From contig MCFE01000073.1 in the NCBI GenBank assembly GCA_002104905.1, forward strand, positions 121,180-185,179: a stretch of DNA of 64,000 bases, in the 5' to 3' direction. Of the stretch, positions 15,977 to 31,855 are shown in pieces. Each line of letters opens with the position of its first letter. Position 1 is the stretch's first letter. This DNA comes from Basidiobolus meristosporus CBS 931.73. Lineage: Eukaryota > Fungi > Basidiobolomycota. The notes beneath the pieces were generated by a model, which saw nothing but the letters and a program-made list of their open reading frames with translations, was not told the DNA's origin and did no database searches. A program made the position numbers and the translations under genes.

Positions 15977-16851
15977 TTAAATCAGATAAAAAAGTATGAT
16001 AGATTTCTCTCGACGAGTCCAATGTTTAAATACTTCGACCTGGGTAACACCCTTTTACCACGGTGAAGTATATTCTCCACTCCAGCTGATACGTGGATCT
16101 AATTACTTATGGAAGTAATATGTTTCATATCGTCATGTGGTCACCTCAATTTGATTCATCAATAGCATTGGGTGTGATATGTTGATTTTAAAATTGGGAT
16201 CAATAACATGCGAATTTAGGCCCGGATTTTGGAGGCTCAGTACCCTAATTGCTGAAAATATTCACACCATGAAAGCCAAGCAAATTTTCAGGGCTCCGCA
16301 ATATTTGACAGTTGACTACGCCCACATACAATTCTTGCAGAAAAAATCTATTGATTCTAATGTAGTCTTAAATGCTTGCGCACACTGGCGACTCGTAGCC
16401 CTTAATTTAATATTGCTGATTTCTAATCAAGCAAGTGAGGTTTGAGTCAACTCAGTGGATTCATATTTCGAAACCCTTTTCTATCCTGCGCACAATACAT
16501 GCTTCTGTTGATGTAATACATACCCATATTGGATCATATTTTCTATAACAATCACTTTTGCTGATGAGCACGCCATTGAGGTATATCAGGGTATTCATGT
16601 TAAAAAAGATAAAGAATCCGAACTAATTGTTCTTGGTCATATTCTCGAAAGACCATTCAAATATTATGTTAAACAGTAATACAAGATCACTCATCAAGAT
16701 ACTTTCCTATTGTATTCAAGATGATAGCTGCTCACCTAGATTGTGTTATCTATTGTCTTTGTACCAAACTTGTAAAGTTTATCACATTTAGTTTATTTTA
16801 CAACTGTTCTTTGTAACGTTTTGAATGTTATGCTAAGGTTGCTATGTTAGT

Positions 16852-17997
<1,146 letters not shown>

Positions 17998-18872
17998 TTA
18001 AATCAGATAAAAAAGTATGATAGATTTCTCTCGACGAGTCCAATGTTTAAATACTTCGACCTGGGTAACACCCTTTTACCACGGTGAAGTATATTCTCCA
18101 CTCCAGCTGATACGTGGATCTAATTACTTATGGAAGTAATATGTTTCATATCGTCATGTGGTCACCTCAATTTGATTCATCAATAGCATTGGGTGTGATA
18201 TGTTGATTTTAAAATTGGGATCAATAACATGCGAATTTAGGCCCGGATTTTGGAGGCTCAGTACCCTAATTGCTGAAAATATTCACACCATGAAAGCCAA
18301 GCAAATTTTCAGGGCTCCGCAATATTTGACAGTTGACTACGCCCACATACAATTCTTGCAGAAAAAATCTATTGATTCTAATGTAGTCTTAAATGCTTGC
18401 GCACACTGGCGACTCGTAGCCCTTAATTTAATATTGCTGATTTCTAATCAAGCAAGTGAGGTTTGAGTCAACTCAGTGGATTCATATTTCGAAACCCTTT
18501 TCTATCCTGCGCACAATACATGCTTCTGTTGATGTAATACATACCCATATTGGATCATATTTTCTATAACAATCACTTTTGCTGATGAGCACGCCATTGA
18601 GGTATATCAGGGTATTCATGTTAAAAAAGATAAAGAATCCGAACTAATTGTTCTTGGTCATATTCTCGAAAGACCATTCAAATATTATGTTAAACAGTAA
18701 TACAAGATCACTCATCAAGATACTTTCCTATTGTATTCAAGATGATAGCTGCTCACCTAGATTGTGTTATCTATTGTCTTTGTACCAAACTTGTAAAGTT
18801 TATCACATTTAGTTTATTTTACAACTGTTCTTTGTAACGTTTTGAATGTTATGCTAAGGTTGCTATGTTAGT

Positions 18873-20018
<1,146 letters not shown>

Positions 20019-20106
20019 TTAAATCAGATAAAAAAGTATGATAGATTTCTCTCGACGAGTCCAATGTTTAAATACTTCGACCTGGGTAACACCCTTTTAC
20101 CACGGT

Positions 20107-20441
20107 TTCTTCATGGCGTGCTCGTACACCGCGCGAGCATCGTCCACGGTGAAGGCAACATCCTTGATTCCGTCACCATGGACGGCCATGTGGTCGGCAA
20201 AGGCCTTGTTGTTGGGGTTCAGTGGCGATTGGAAGATGAAAGTCACCAAGTTGTTGCTGACAACGTGGGAGACGACATCTCTGTTGCCAGTCTCAAGGCC
20301 CTTGTAGGCGAGAGCTTTGAAGCCATAGCGCACGACATAGAAGGAGGCAGCTTGCTTAGCATTACCAACCCAGAAGGTGATATGATCGAAACCGCGGTAG
20401 GTGGTGGGTTGTTGGGCGCCCTTGAATTCGTAGGAGGTCAT
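20107..20441 (-). pseudogene. HPD: 5' fragment of HPPD (about 111 codons) fused to the upstream region of copy 3
   Basis: ORF MTSYEF...VYEHAMKK breaks off at the junction ccacggt|ttcttcatgg. It has its own distinct upstream sequence. Confidence 0.85.
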
Positions 20442-21339
20442 TGTCCGCTAAGATTAGAACTTCAATATCGGATCATAGCCAACCCAATGGAGATTTATAT
20501 TGTCCCAGAGCTAGCAAATATTCACACGAAATTGAAACCATAGCATCATTGCAAGGCAGAATATCCAAATACTCAATAATTTGTGCCACGTTGAAGATAC
20601 TTCTGTTTATTTGGGATTCAAAGTACTCGACTCCAACGATTCTCTAAATTAAAACTCCACCGAATTATGGATCCGGGGCCCAATTTCGGTACCCTTTTTG
20701 CGTAGAACTTTCCAGCGTTGAATCAGGTTCCCACACCTACACTCGGAATACCATCGATGATGGATGGGGATAAATCCGGATATTTCTTCCAGTATTCAAG
20801 TGTAGGAGCCCCCGTGACCCAACTGCAAGGGTGTCCAAATGACATAAAGATACTGCAAGTAAAAAGATCCTGAACGTACACATGTGCTCGCAGGTTACGA
20901 ATCCCCAGAAGAATAACTGCCATGCCAAATGTATTGCATTCAATGTGGATGACTCCCCAAATAAATTACTTAACCCGGAATGTTTCAATCATCCGATCGT
21001 ACGCTCAGATGGGACTCGGATTATAGGGTGCTTGACAATCGCCCCTTTACTATGAGAAATTCTCACACGCCCTATTGATAATATTGATCCTTTTATTTAT
21101 AATTCTATATATTTGCCAGTGAGAATTCATTGGTTTGAAATGTAATCGATAGAGTCTTATGATCATACGAATGATGTATCAACCTGGAGAAAAGGTTGGT
21201 AAGATAAAAGTGTTTCACACGTATGTATGGTAACATAGGTTGACTATACCTCCATAACTCAGCCGCGGTTGGTTGAAGGGTAAAATAAATGGGGAGACTA
21301 TGATCAATAGAAATAGCTGCACCAGTTGGTTTTGACAAA

Positions 21340-22540
<1,201 letters not shown>

Positions 22541-22918
22541 TATGTCTGTGTTTCCAGCAAACAATCGTGACTCAGCAAATTCCTTACCATTCACATGTAA
22601 AATAATACATTTTTGTAACTAACCAATAAAGTAAACGCTTTTACGTATATTACGTTACTCTCGTGCAAATCAATATCATGGCATAGTCGGTTTGGTCAGA
22701 TTTGCCGAAGATAAAACAAGACAAATGATCATCATCTATTTAGGGATGGCACAATCTGTACGAGAAGTAAGGGACAGTCACGTTTCAGGAAAGGAGCACC
22801 CAATTTGCGTGTAGAGAAACCGATGTGACGTATATTTTTATGTCGTTTCATTAGATGGTCGTTGACAAGTATTTAAGCCACAGCTTTGAGGTAGACGGGC
22901 CCACTGGAAACTTTTACT

Positions 22919-23845
22919 ATGGCAGAAGGAAAGATTTTGCTGGGATACCATGGTTCACCAGGAGCCTACGCTGATAATGCTGCTCGACATCTGTTTCAAA
23001 ACCACGCCACCTTTCGTGGAAAACCATTCGAAACGGTGCCGTACGACACCCTAAATCAAATGCTCAGCGCTGTACAAAACGGTGACATACACCAAGCCAT
23101 TCTCCCGGTAGAGAATTCCCTTTCTGGAACCATCCACGCGAATTTTGACAAGCTCATCAAGATGAGCAACCCACGGGTTTTCGTTGTGGGGGAGTATGTG
23201 TTCTACGAGCCGTGTTGCTTGATCGGGGTTAAAGGAAGCAGGGTTGAGGATATCCAAGAGATCCAAAGTCACACACACATCATTGAACAATGCATGGAAT
23301 TCATTCATTCTCTACCAAACGGAGACTCAATCACCATTTCCCAAGGAGAGAGCACCTCCTCTTGTGCCAAACACGTTTCTGAACGGAACGAACGCCAACT
23401 GGCTGCCATAGCGTCCAAAAACACGGCGCAGATCTATGATCTAGAGATCCTGGCCACTGGGATTGAGCAGTCGTCTAGCATATTTACACGATACTTTTTA
23501 CTTTCGAAAGATCCCATCGTTCCGGAGCGGCACATGTCCCCAAAATCCTCATATGCCGTGATCATGAACAACAAGCCCGGGGCATTGTTCAAAACACTGG
23601 GAAGCTTCGCCATGAGGGACATCAACATCCTGAAGATTGAGTCCAGGCCTTCAACGAGAACGATAAGGTATGCCACGCCCTGGGAGTACATCATCTACAT
23701 CGACATCGACGGTGCCATGGAGACCAACCCTCTGGTTGAAAAGGCGGTGGACAACCTGAAGGAGTTTGCTACTCAAGTGATCAAGCTGGGCTCATATCCG
23801 AGGTACATCAACGACATGGGGGATTTCTCACCAATATGCTATTAA
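22919..23845 (+). CDS. Prephenate/arogenate dehydratase (PDT + ACT domain), intronless
   Basis: Motifs GSPGAY, LPVENSLSGT, AAIAS, TRYFLL, NKPGALFKTLGSFAMRDIN and KIESRP. Confidence 0.9.
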   Translation: MAEGKILLGYHGSPGAYADNAARHLFQNHATFRGKPFETVPYDTLNQMLSAVQNGDIHQAILPVENSLSGTIHANFDKLIKMSNPRVFVVGEYVFYEPCCLIGVKGSRVEDIQEIQSHTHIIEQCMEFIHSLPNGDSITISQGESTSSCAKHVSERNERQLAAIASKNTAQIYDLEILATGIEQSSSIFTRYFLLSKDPIVPERHMSPKSSYAVIMNNKPGALFKTLGSFAMRDINILKIESRPSTRTIRYATPWEYIIYIDIDGAMETNPLVEKAVDNLKEFATQVIKLGSYPRYINDMGDFSPICY

Positions 23846-24287
23846 ATGTAATATACACAACACCCATTGGAACGTGAGCTAAGAACCAATGCTGAATAAA
23901 ACCACGCTGATTTGGTCGTTGTTAGGTTAACTCCAACCTCTGTCAATGCTAGCATTGTTCCTATGAGGAGTTATTCTAATATGCTTTAATCAACCTCCCA
24001 TGGTTCTTGAAATCAATTGGCCGCATAATTCATGGGGAAGTTACTTTGTGCTATGTAATCTCTATGCAATTCATGGTTATTTTAAGTGGCGATGATGTGT
24101 AGTGATTTAGGAAATCACTGCGCAATATTAAAAGAATATTACTGCGATCCTTGGTATTTCATCGCTTGTCTGTCGGGGTTTGGCCCATTTCCCGTTCACT
24201 TTGCCCACACATATTTCCTTATTTTTTGGTTAATCGTATTTTCTCTGAGACTCTCAAGCTTTTATTTCCTTCCTCGCAGTAAAAGCG

Positions 24288-26413
24288 ATGACTGATTCCG
24301 ACACTACTTCTACGAACATCACCCTTAACGTCCGCTTCTCTAGTGGGAACACTTCCACCATCCATGTAAAGCCTGAGGAGACCACTGTGCTGTCCTTGAA
24401 AGAGCAACTACAGCCACAATCTAGCATGATCCCTAGTCAAATGAGGCTTGTATACGCTGGAAAGGTCCTTCAGGATGCAAATCTACTTAGTTTTTATGGT
24501 AGGGCTCGATGTTTCCCCCACACTGCGCCTATTCCTGATCTACCCCAACCTTCATACATCGACCTGATTCTTAATCTTTACTTCTACCCAGATATACGAG
24601 ATGGACACACGGTACATCTGGTCCGTAGCGCTTCCAACAAAGCCTTAGAACAAGCTTCTGGCAGCAAGAAAGACCAATCCGGTTCTCAACCGAAATCGTT
24701 ACAAAACTCCAGTTTCATGAAAGATCTTTTGAACTCCTCTTTTATGAAGGTTGGTTCGAGTCCTTGACCTCTGTTTCCTTCAATTCATGTTAAGTCAGAG
24801 CATTGTTTATAGAGTATGATGGCAAATCCGGAGGTAGTTCGTGCCTTGATGCTCTCCAATCCTCAGGTGAAAGAAATGGTAGAGCGTAATCCTGAGATTG
24901 GACATATCTTGAACGACCCCAACTTCCTACAGCAGGTAACGAGAACGCCTTACATGCCCAGAGCTTCGGAGAGTCACTAACACTTTCACCTTTCTCCTCT
25001 CACTCTACACTCACCTGAACCACTAGACGATCGACCTTGCCAGGAATCCAGAGCTGATGCGAGAGATGATGAGGAACAACGACCGAGCCCTATCAAATCT
25101 AGAAATGCTCCCTGGCGGATTCAACCATTTACGAAAGATGTACCACAATCTACAGGAGCCTCTGGAATCAGCTCACACCCCAGTAGGCATTCATAGAAAA
25201 AGTTTGGATACCTCGACTCTATTGTAACCCGAGTGTTTTCGTGCAGGAAAATCCTTCCACCGATGCTGTCAATGAACGCTGGGCGCAAATGTTGAATGCT
25301 ACTATATCCACGGGTAATTCATACATGCTGCCACGTGCAAAGATGGAATACTAACGAGCCGATTAGATGGGCAACCCAACACCACACCTCTGCCAAACCC
25401 CTGGACTCGTCGTCCACTACCTCCCAATGGCGGGGAGTCCTCGCGTCGTAAGTCCCACACTACCTTCTATCACCCATATAGCCAAGGCTAAATATGCATC
25501 CGTACGGAACAGAATCGCCAGGAATTGGTATTCGCAACGGAAGTTTGGTACGTATCAGCTGGTTAAAATTACTGGCTGCGTCGGAGTTTACGTAATTCTA
25601 AAATATAGTCCCATTATTCCACAGCCATCTAGCGGTTCAGACAATGCTTCTCCAAAGGCAGCACAGCCCAGTGGCTCTCAAGGCGCGACATCCTCTTTGC
25701 GCTGCCCTCCTGCACCCAGATTGCCCCTGCTGAACATGAGAGGAGAATCCTCGGAGCTTGAGCAAACACCCGGAAGTCAGAATGATAGTAGAACCTATAG
25801 ATGGGGATCCACTCTTCAACGGAGCAACTCATCGTATCATCCCGGTGGAGTCGATACCCAGCTTAACGGAGCATTTCCCAACGCTGCCGGACAAAACCAG
25901 CAACAGCATTACGAACAAATGATGAATCGGTTGTTTCCACCCAGCTCATCGGTACAGACTCCACCTCAATCCCACCCAAGCAACATGCTGATGGGAGCCA
26001 ACCAGAACCCACTGTTTCAGAGTATTGGTGGGAATTTGAACCAGGAATTGCGAAGCCTACTAAGCAACGCAGCGCAAACAGATCAGCACCAATCAAGCAA
26101 CCTCATGTTCAAGTAAAGCCGCATTCCATCTGGGCTAATTGCCTTGCCAGCGTACTAACCACTCTTCATAGTCACAACATTGCACCCGCAGCCACCACCC
26201 TAGAGCCACCGGAAACGCGGTTTAGAGACCAGCTGCGCTCGTTAAACGAGATGGGATTCAACGACGCTACAGCGAATGTTCGGTAAGTCCACCCGCCACC
26301 CCGCTGACCCGGACGTACAGCGACTAACACCCGTACTCCTTAGTGCACTGCTGGCTACAGGAGGAGATCTGAATTCGGCGATCGAGTATCTTCTGCGGTC
26401 TGGATCATCGTAG
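24288..26413 (+). CDS. DSK2: Ubiquilin/Dsk2 (UBL-STI1-UBA), multi-exon
   Basis: [24 protein letters not shown]; STI1 [29 protein letters not shown]; [13 protein letters not shown]...[17 protein letters not shown]. Confidence 0.88.
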
Positions 26414-26860
26414 TTTTGTTTTCTGAGTGTATGTATGACTTGACTTCCGGACTTCGGAGGGGAAAATGTATTTCTTAAAGCCGTAAACCCACGGGGAATT
26501 AAAAATCCACGTGAATCGTTGTTCACCCGTGGCGTTTCATGGTCATCTAATCGATCCTCCCTACCCGCCTAATTCTTCAGTACACGGTCATCCATCTTCT
26601 CTTTCCAAAACTCTGTAATATCTTCCTGCTTTCATCCCCACCACCATCCCCACCCACTACCAACGAAAACACAACTTTTATAAACGAATTATTGATCCTC
26701 TCGGCGGTCCTGGCTAATGCGGATGGCAACGGTAACGGGAATCGTAACCACGACCGAAGGCCTGGTTGGTGTTCGATAGTAGCATCATTTTATTACGTGA
26801 GCCTAAATCAATAGATTCCGGCCAGTTGTGAAGAGCGGGGGTACAGGTGAAACAAAGGGA

Positions 26861-28032
26861 TTAGTTGGTGATAGGGTAGCGCTTCGCACACTCCTCAAAC
26901 AGTTGGCTCTTGGCTTCGAGGTCCTTCAGATATGGGTGCTCTGGAGCAATGTTCTTCAATTGGCTTCATGATGGCATGCTGTTAGCGAGGAAAGAGAATG
27001 CATGGGAGGTGGGGAGAAGCACGTCACTTACGTTGTGTAATCATCGACGAGCTCGTCAGGCTTTCCGGTCAGGTTAGCGCACACGATGAGGTTGACGAGA
27101 GTGTCGGGATCACTTTGACTCTGTGAGATGGGAGTCAGTCGAGGGGCAGCAGAATTGTAGAGGCATCGCCCCATCAATCGAACCATAACAAACCTTGTTC
27201 AACGCTTCCAACAGCAGGCTCTCCGCTTCAGGATATCTTCCCATGTGAATGTTGCAAATGGCTTGACCGTTCAGAAGCTTCACCGTGGTGGCGGCAAGGT
27301 TCTGGCTGAGCTCTTCAAAAATGTAGAATGCTTCTTGATACTTGGCTCCGCCCTTGACATAAAATAATCGTTAGACAAAGTCGCATCATCCATATCACAC
27401 TGCCCCCTTACGATTTGCACGCCGATCCATGCCTCGATAAGCTGGGCCAAGATGGCATCTTCGGCCCAATTCTTGGTGGAGTTAAGCTCCCTTCTAGCGA
27501 GATCGATTCTGTTCAATTTCAGGTAAATCTGCACAATAAGAGCGACACTTCGAGATCGGTGGACGGGTTAGTTACTACCCAAGGCATAGAAAACCCGTGG
27601 TATTTACCATTCAAGATTTCTCGAATGCTTGGAGAGTAGGCGTAGGGCATCTTCGTACAATCCCTCCCGGTAGAATAAAGTTCCTAGGACGATCTGTACG
27701 CTGCTGTTGGTGGAGCTTACTTCGTCGCTGGCTATTTCCTGAGCCTGTGCTATAATCTTTTCACGACCGACCTCGGGAGTGGTCACGTGCTGGGCCAAAA
27801 GTTTGGTTACCCTCAAGTCAACGGGCTGCTTATCATCTATCTCCTTAATGACGAGGTCGCTTTGTCCTTGGGCAATGTAGGAGCGGTGTAGAAACACCAA
27901 GCGTTCCATTTTCCCCGCTTCGGAGCTTGGCTCGGTAGAAGGGTTGGTGCATTGGTTTATCACTTGTTGATAAGCACCAACGTAGAAGAGATTACGAATG
28001 GTAAAGAGTTCATCTACTTGATCGTGAGACAT
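26861..28032 (-). CDS. SEC28: Coatomer epsilon subunit
   Basis: DELFTIRNLFYVGAYQQ; QIYLKLNRIDLA..WAEDAILAQLIEAW; TPR-like C-terminus. Confidence 0.9.
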
Positions 28033-28498
28033 TCTGAAAGATTCAAAGCAAATGAAGGCGCTCAAAAGTTGCTTGAAGGGCTAATTAATGAATCGTATTC
28101 CGCTAACATTAATACGAAATCAATCGATTCCACTGCTTTTCCTAACCAGTGATGCATCCAATCCTTACTACACACATCCTGCCATTCCACCCCATAAATT
28201 AATCGGGAACGAAGAAGAGGCGGCATTTATTGGACAAAAAATATCCGTATTCCTGGGAGTCGACGGTTTATTAAGGGTATTACGTAACATAAAATGCTAT
28301 GGTTATATTATTATGGTGACTAGTTGTATGTTTAATCCTAAATGATCACGATGCGAATAACTTTATGTTACAGGTAAATCTTTTTCAACTTGCCACCCAA
28401 ATCGCATGTGACGTACAAATTCATTTCGATTCGGTTCATTATTCCCTGCGAGTGCAGTTCTCCGAGAGTCCAGTTTCTGCTAGTAGCGATATACCGAA

Positions 28499-30474
28499 AT
28501 GATTAGCAGCCTGTTTGTGTTGAATTCTACTGGGTACTTATAACGTTGTTGTCAGACGGCTCACTCCTTTACCCTCGAGCGTAACTCCTCAATTAATCTT
28601 CCTTTCTAACTTTGATTCTGTCAGAAAAATCATCATCGAGAAGCATTGGCGTGGGGTTGGAAGTCGATCGGTGGTAGATTATTTCCTGAATGTAACCAAA
28701 GGGATGCCACAGGAAGAAGTGCTACCTCTCATTGATACACCACAAGGAAATTATGTTCAAATATACAGGGATTCCCTTACTTTTCTTACTACCGTTTCAG
28801 CCGAAGGTTCGCAAACGAAAGCCAATACTTGCCAAGCAGATATGCTCGTGGCTAATCAAATATACTTGCTTTTTAGTCGAGCCTTTACTGGTGCTGGAGT
28901 TTCTGCATCGTGTAGTGGACTTGTTGGTTGAATATTTTAGCGAGGTGTCCGAAAGCATTATCAAAGACAATTTTGTCACAGTATATCAGGTAGTGGCGTA
29001 ATTAGCACTCTACACCGATGCTCAGTGTTCTTATGACTCCATTGCGCTAGCTCTTGGAGGAAATGATGGATTACGGCTACCCACTTACCACCGAGCCAAA
29101 TGCACTCAAAGATATCATCTTACCGCCCACCATCATCAACAGAGTGATGAGCGCCGCCGGTGTAACAGCGTAAGCATACATACTATCTGTGTGATATCCC
29201 AAATCTCATGAAAATTGCAACTACTGCAGTGACCGTCTTCCAAATGGAACATTGTCCAACGTCCCTTGGCGTAAATCCGGAGTCAAATATACAAACAACG
29301 AGATTTACTTTGATATCGTAGAGGAGTTGGATACTATAGTCGATAGGTACCAATGCAGCATAGGACAATGCACACCCATTCACCAGTAGCTAATCTCACT
29401 TTTCAGCAACGGATCCACGATTTCATGTGAGATCAACGGGACCATCGTCAGTAATAGCCGCCTATCTGGTAAAGCTAAGCCATTTGAATGCTTTTGCCTG
29501 GAGTTATTGATGACCATTTTGCATAGGCATGCCCGACTTGACGCTCAGCTTCGTTAATCCCAGAATTTTCGATGATTACAGTTTACATCCTTGTGTTCGG
29601 TTAGTAGTGCCATTTTCTACATGGTTTCAACGAGTCCTAATAACCAGCTGTAAATAGACACAGCAAGTATGAGAATGAGCGTGTCCTTTCATTCATCCCA
29701 CCCGATGGCCAGTTCAAATTGATGAGCTACAGGTACTTCTGGTTGTTTCTTGACCTCACGGCAGCCACCCTAACCATTGGACAGAGTGGATCTTCGCAAT
29801 CCGACATATCTTCCTATTTATGTGAAGCCTCAAATATCCATCTACAACAATGGAGGTATTTATCCTTGCTGCCATTTTGGAGACGTACACGACTAAGCAT
29901 TACACACTCTGAAGGGAAATTCGATATCAGCGTAAGCATTCGCCACTCGGATGGAAAGCCGGTCGAGAACTTAGCGATCACCTTTCCTATGGCTCAAAGC
30001 ATAGAGAATGTGTCTGCCTCACCAAATATTGGTCAATACACCTTTGATCGGGCAACCAAGGTAGGCGCTCTAAAGAATTGGGCGCACATTGAAAAATGGT
30101 AACATTTCTTCCACAGGTACTCAGATGGGACATTGGCCGTGTCCAAATGAAAGATAGAATGCCAATGATCTCTGGCACTTTCACCGCATCGTAAGTGCTC
30201 CCAAAGCTCCCTTCCCTCGAGGAAAAGTATTCATTTTCTTTTGCCCATGTAGAGAGAAGCTAAGCTCCGCTGGTAGCTCTATTCTGGCTGATTTCCAGAT
30301 CAATATGTACGCTATCTCGGGACTGAAGGTGGACAGTCTGAGGGTGTTTTACGAGGGATATAAGCCATACAAGGTAAGTTTTACAAGGCCCCCTGGAGAC
30401 TCCCTTCTTACACTCATCGACTGTAGGGAGTTCGTAGCGTCACGAAATCCGGAAAGTTCCAGATTCGGATTTAA
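28499..30474 (+). CDS. APM3: AP-3 adaptor mu subunit, many short introns
   Basis: MISSLFVLNSTG..IIEKHWRG; IKDNFVTVYQLLEEMMDYGYP; VPWRKSGVKYTNNEIYFD; FIPPDGQFKLMSY; GLKVDSL..YKGVRSVTKSGKFQIR. Confidence 0.9.
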
Positions 30475-30642
30475 TTTCCACTCGCGCATAACTTAACTCA
30501 TGTAATTATAATGTCCACCTTCCTCTCCAGTGGTGATTTTTCTTGGAGGTTGGATTCTTTCGAAATAAAGTCGATACATCGCTGTTGATTGCATTCAGGT
30601 TTTCAGCCGAATTTTATTGGACTCCTATGGTCAGACTCGCAC

Positions 30643-31406
30643 TTAGTAATTTCTGTATTTTACACGGCCTTCTTTCTTCTGCTTCTTCTCAAGTCTCTTG
30701 CGGGTTTTTTCGTCCATCTCTGGCTCTTCGCCAGCACTTTGTGATCCCAAGTAAGGCTTTATAACGGAAGACCATAGCTTGATGACGGCATATCCGGGAA
30801 TCTAGGCACCATTCAAGCAGTTAGTATACTGCATATCAGTCCAAACATATCCACCGTTATTCGGTGTAAGCTGAGACATTCTACACTTACCAATAGATAG
30901 AAAAACCAGAAGTAGTCGGTGAAGACGGAGCCGATATGAACAAACCAAGTGACATAAATAATATCGAAGAAGTAGGCAGTAAGTCCCTCAGCGCTTAGAT
31001 CCTCTCCAGAGCTTTCCAACTGTCCGCTTGGAGAGTATCTGGGTGTCCCCATGGCTTTAAGTTGCAAGTAAAGAAATACGCTTATGCCTCCAGTTATGGC
31101 ATACCCTAGAAAGTGGTAGAAGCCAAAGCTAGAGTAATAAAACACTATTCTAAACAAGAAATAGAACGCCTTATAAAAAGCAGCTTTAGAAACGAGGAAC
31201 ATCGCTGCTAAGAACCTTCGCTGGGCAACTTACATTAACGCCCAACACTCCGATACGGAGATTGTCCAGAGTTTTCACGTTCTCGGTGGCGATCTTTTTC
31301 GCAGAGCTGTTTGCCTAAAAACCCGAGTACGCGTTATTATCGAAACGAAGAGAAAAGCATGTGGTGCCTCCTGGAAGCTGATGAGGCTAGGAAAGATAGG
31401 TACCAT
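30643..31406 (-). CDS. SND2: SND2/TMEM208 ER-targeting membrane protein
   Basis: ATG-only first exon, then ANSSAKKIATEN; GEDLSAEGLTAYFFDIIYVTW; IPGYAVIKLW; basic C-terminus. Confidence 0.85.
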
Positions 31407-31855
31407 TTTGCTAGGAAAGTGTTTCGAAGGCCAGCGTCAATGTGCTTCCAATAAATCACTGAAATGGCCCTGCTTGCACAGCGTTGATTGGTCATCAAAA
31501 TTTCCAAAAAACTAGCATCTCCTATGCATGTAGACACAACCCGGCTTCGCTCTTGGTACCAATTCAGATCCATCAAGGCTACAACAATATTGGCTGGGAA
31601 GGGACCATCCGTTGACCACGGATCCACAACAAGCTCTTGGTAGAAACCATTTCTTTATTTGTCTGATACAAAAATAAAAACATAGAGCATCGAAATACGG
31701 TACCAAAGTATACAAAGATTCTAAACTATCCCGACGTCAACGTTGAATGATTATAACAATAGTGCTTTGCTTATCAGGGTATGCACAATGTACATGATTA
31801 ATTATCTATTGCTATGTTGGAAAGAGTAAGAGTGGCGGTGCATTAAGGTTGTTAA

